DNA of 50,985 bases from a virus (Duplodnaviria; Heunggongvirae; Uroviricota; Caudoviricetes), in the IMG/VR virus record IMGVR_UViG_2721755720_000003, one strand, 5' to 3'. This document shows, piece after piece, positions 49,750 through 50,985 of this stretch. The translations under genes and the position numbers were made by a program. The notes beneath the pieces were generated by a model. That model ran no database searches, was not told the origin of the DNA, and worked only from the letters and a program-made list of their open reading frames with translations. Position 1 is the stretch's first letter, and every line of letters begins with the position of its first letter.

Positions 49750-50985
49750 ATGTCTAAATTACCAACAGGTGTCGAGATTAGAGGTAGATACATTCGCATC
49801 TGGTTCATGTTTCGAGGAAAACGATGTCGGGAAACATTAAAAGGCTGGGAGATTACAAACAGTAATATTAAAAAGGCCGGAAATTTAAGAGCGCTGATAG
49901 TTCATGAAATAAACTCCGGTGAATTTGAGTATTTAAGACGTTTTCCCCAGTCCAGCACTGGGGCAAAAATGGTGACAACGAGAGTCATAAAAACGTTCGG
50001 AGAGCTTTGTGATATCTGGACAAAAATTAAAGAGACAGAGTTAACAACAAACACAATGAAGAAAACGAAATCACAATTAAAAACACTCAGAATAATAATT
50101 TGTGAAAGTACCCCGATATCACATATTCGTTATAGCGATATCTTAAACTACCGGAATGAACTGCTGCATGGAGAAACGCTTTACCTGGATAATCCAAGAT
50201 CCAACAAAAAAGGAAGAACCGTGCGCACAGTTGATAACTATATCGCCCTGCTCTGTTCGCTGTTGCGTTTTGCGTATCAGTCGGGATTTATATCAACCAA
50301 ACCATTTGAAGGAGTAAAAAAATTACAGCGAAACAGAATAAAGCCTGATCCGTTATCTAAAACAGAATTCAATGCATTAATGGAAAGTGAAAAAGGACAG
50401 AGCCAGAACTTGTGGAAATTTGCCGTTTACTCAGGACTTCGTCACGGGGAACTGGCAGCTCTGGCGTGGGAGGATGTGGATCTCGAAAAGGGAATAGTGA
50501 ATGTCAGAAGAAACCTGACGATACTTGATATGTTCGGTCCCCCAAAAACAAATGCCGGGATCCGAACAGTAACACTACTGCAGCCTGCTCTTGAAGCACT
50601 GAAGGAGCAATACAAACTGACCGGGCATCATCGCAAAAGCGAAATCACCTTTTATCATCGGGAGTACGGCAGAACCGAAAAGCAAAAACTGCATTTTGTT
50701 TTCATGCCCAGGGTGTGTAACGGAAAACAAAAACCTTATTACTCGGTAAGCAGTTTGGGGGCAAGGTGGAATGCAGCAGTAAAACGTGCTGGTATTCGCC
50801 GCCGTAATCCGTACCATACGCGGCATACTTTTGCCTGCTGGCTGTTGACGGCAGGAGCGAACCCGGCATTTATAGCCAGCCAAATGGGGCATGAAACTGC
50901 GCAGATGGTGTATGAAATTTACGGTATGTGGATTGATGACATGAACGACGAACAGATAGCCATGTTGAATGCGCGGTTATCGTAG
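49750..50985 (+). CDS. intR: Tyrosine integrase IntR
   Basis: 411 aa, complete to the stop at the window end; C-terminal catalytic region with …HTRHTFA…Y. Confidence 0.9.
   Translation: MSKLPTGVEIRGRYIRIWFMFRGKRCRETLKGWEITNSNIKKAGNLRALIVHEINSGEFEYLRRFPQSSTGAKMVTTRVIKTFGELCDIWTKIKETELTTNTMKKTKSQLKTLRIIICESTPISHIRYSDILNYRNELLHGETLYLDNPRSNKKGRTVRTVDNYIALLCSLLRFAYQSGFISTKPFEGVKKLQRNRIKPDPLSKTEFNALMESEKGQSQNLWKFAVYSGLRHGELAALAWEDVDLEKGIVNVRRNLTILDMFGPPKTNAGIRTVTLLQPALEALKEQYKLTGHHRKSEITFYHREYGRTEKQKLHFVFMPRVCNGKQKPYYSVSSLGARWNAAVKRAGIRRRNPYHTRHTFACWLLTAGANPAFIASQMGHETAQMVYEIYGMWIDDMNDEQIAMLNARLS

Noticed and set aside
1-50985. CRISPR arrays or rRNA genes
   Set aside because: No regularly spaced direct repeats with unique spacers and no rRNA-like conserved sequence anywhere in the window

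Overview
This window is almost entirely one lambdoid prophage of the E. coli Rac type, running from the pinR/ynaE end (left) to the intR integrase (right end, complete; the att site lies beyond the window). Gene identities are from recognition of the translated ORFs and motifs, not from a database search. The right third carries the early-left operon on the + strand (ydaG, ydaF, kilR, ydaE, racC, recE, recT, ralR, ydaC, xis, intR), with sieB on the opposite strand. Left of it sits the immunity region (racR divergent from ydaS-ydaT) and, on the - strand, the replication genes (ydaU, ydaV), a Q-like antiterminator, a phage-21-type lysis cassette (pinholin, SAR endolysin, Rz with embedded Rz1), the trkG moron, a pac-type head module and a lambda-like tail module (H, M, L, K, I, J, lom, stf, tfa). 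Unlike the defective K-12 Rac as I recall it, the structural module here is complete, but an IS2 copy with a 5-bp target duplication has split the tail assembly chaperone gene G, so the element is probably tail-defective. Cargo of interest: (1) an AAA+ ATPase plus S8 subtilase operon between the replication genes and Q, whose architecture matches the IetAS anti-phage system; (2) two tandem paralogous outer-membrane lipoproteins between Q and the holin whose C-terminal domains resemble TolA domain III; (3) a ParB-like nuclease gene translationally coupled to a GT-A-like (DxD) transferase gene upstream of the terminase. Sequence-level signals include a G/GT -1 frameshift heptamer, TGCGCA hexamer repeats inside terS (candidate pac), three GTAACGC-N5-GCGTTAC palindromes at the ydaU replication gene, and AGTACAT operator-like repeats on both sides of racR. 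No rRNA, tRNA or CRISPR array was found.
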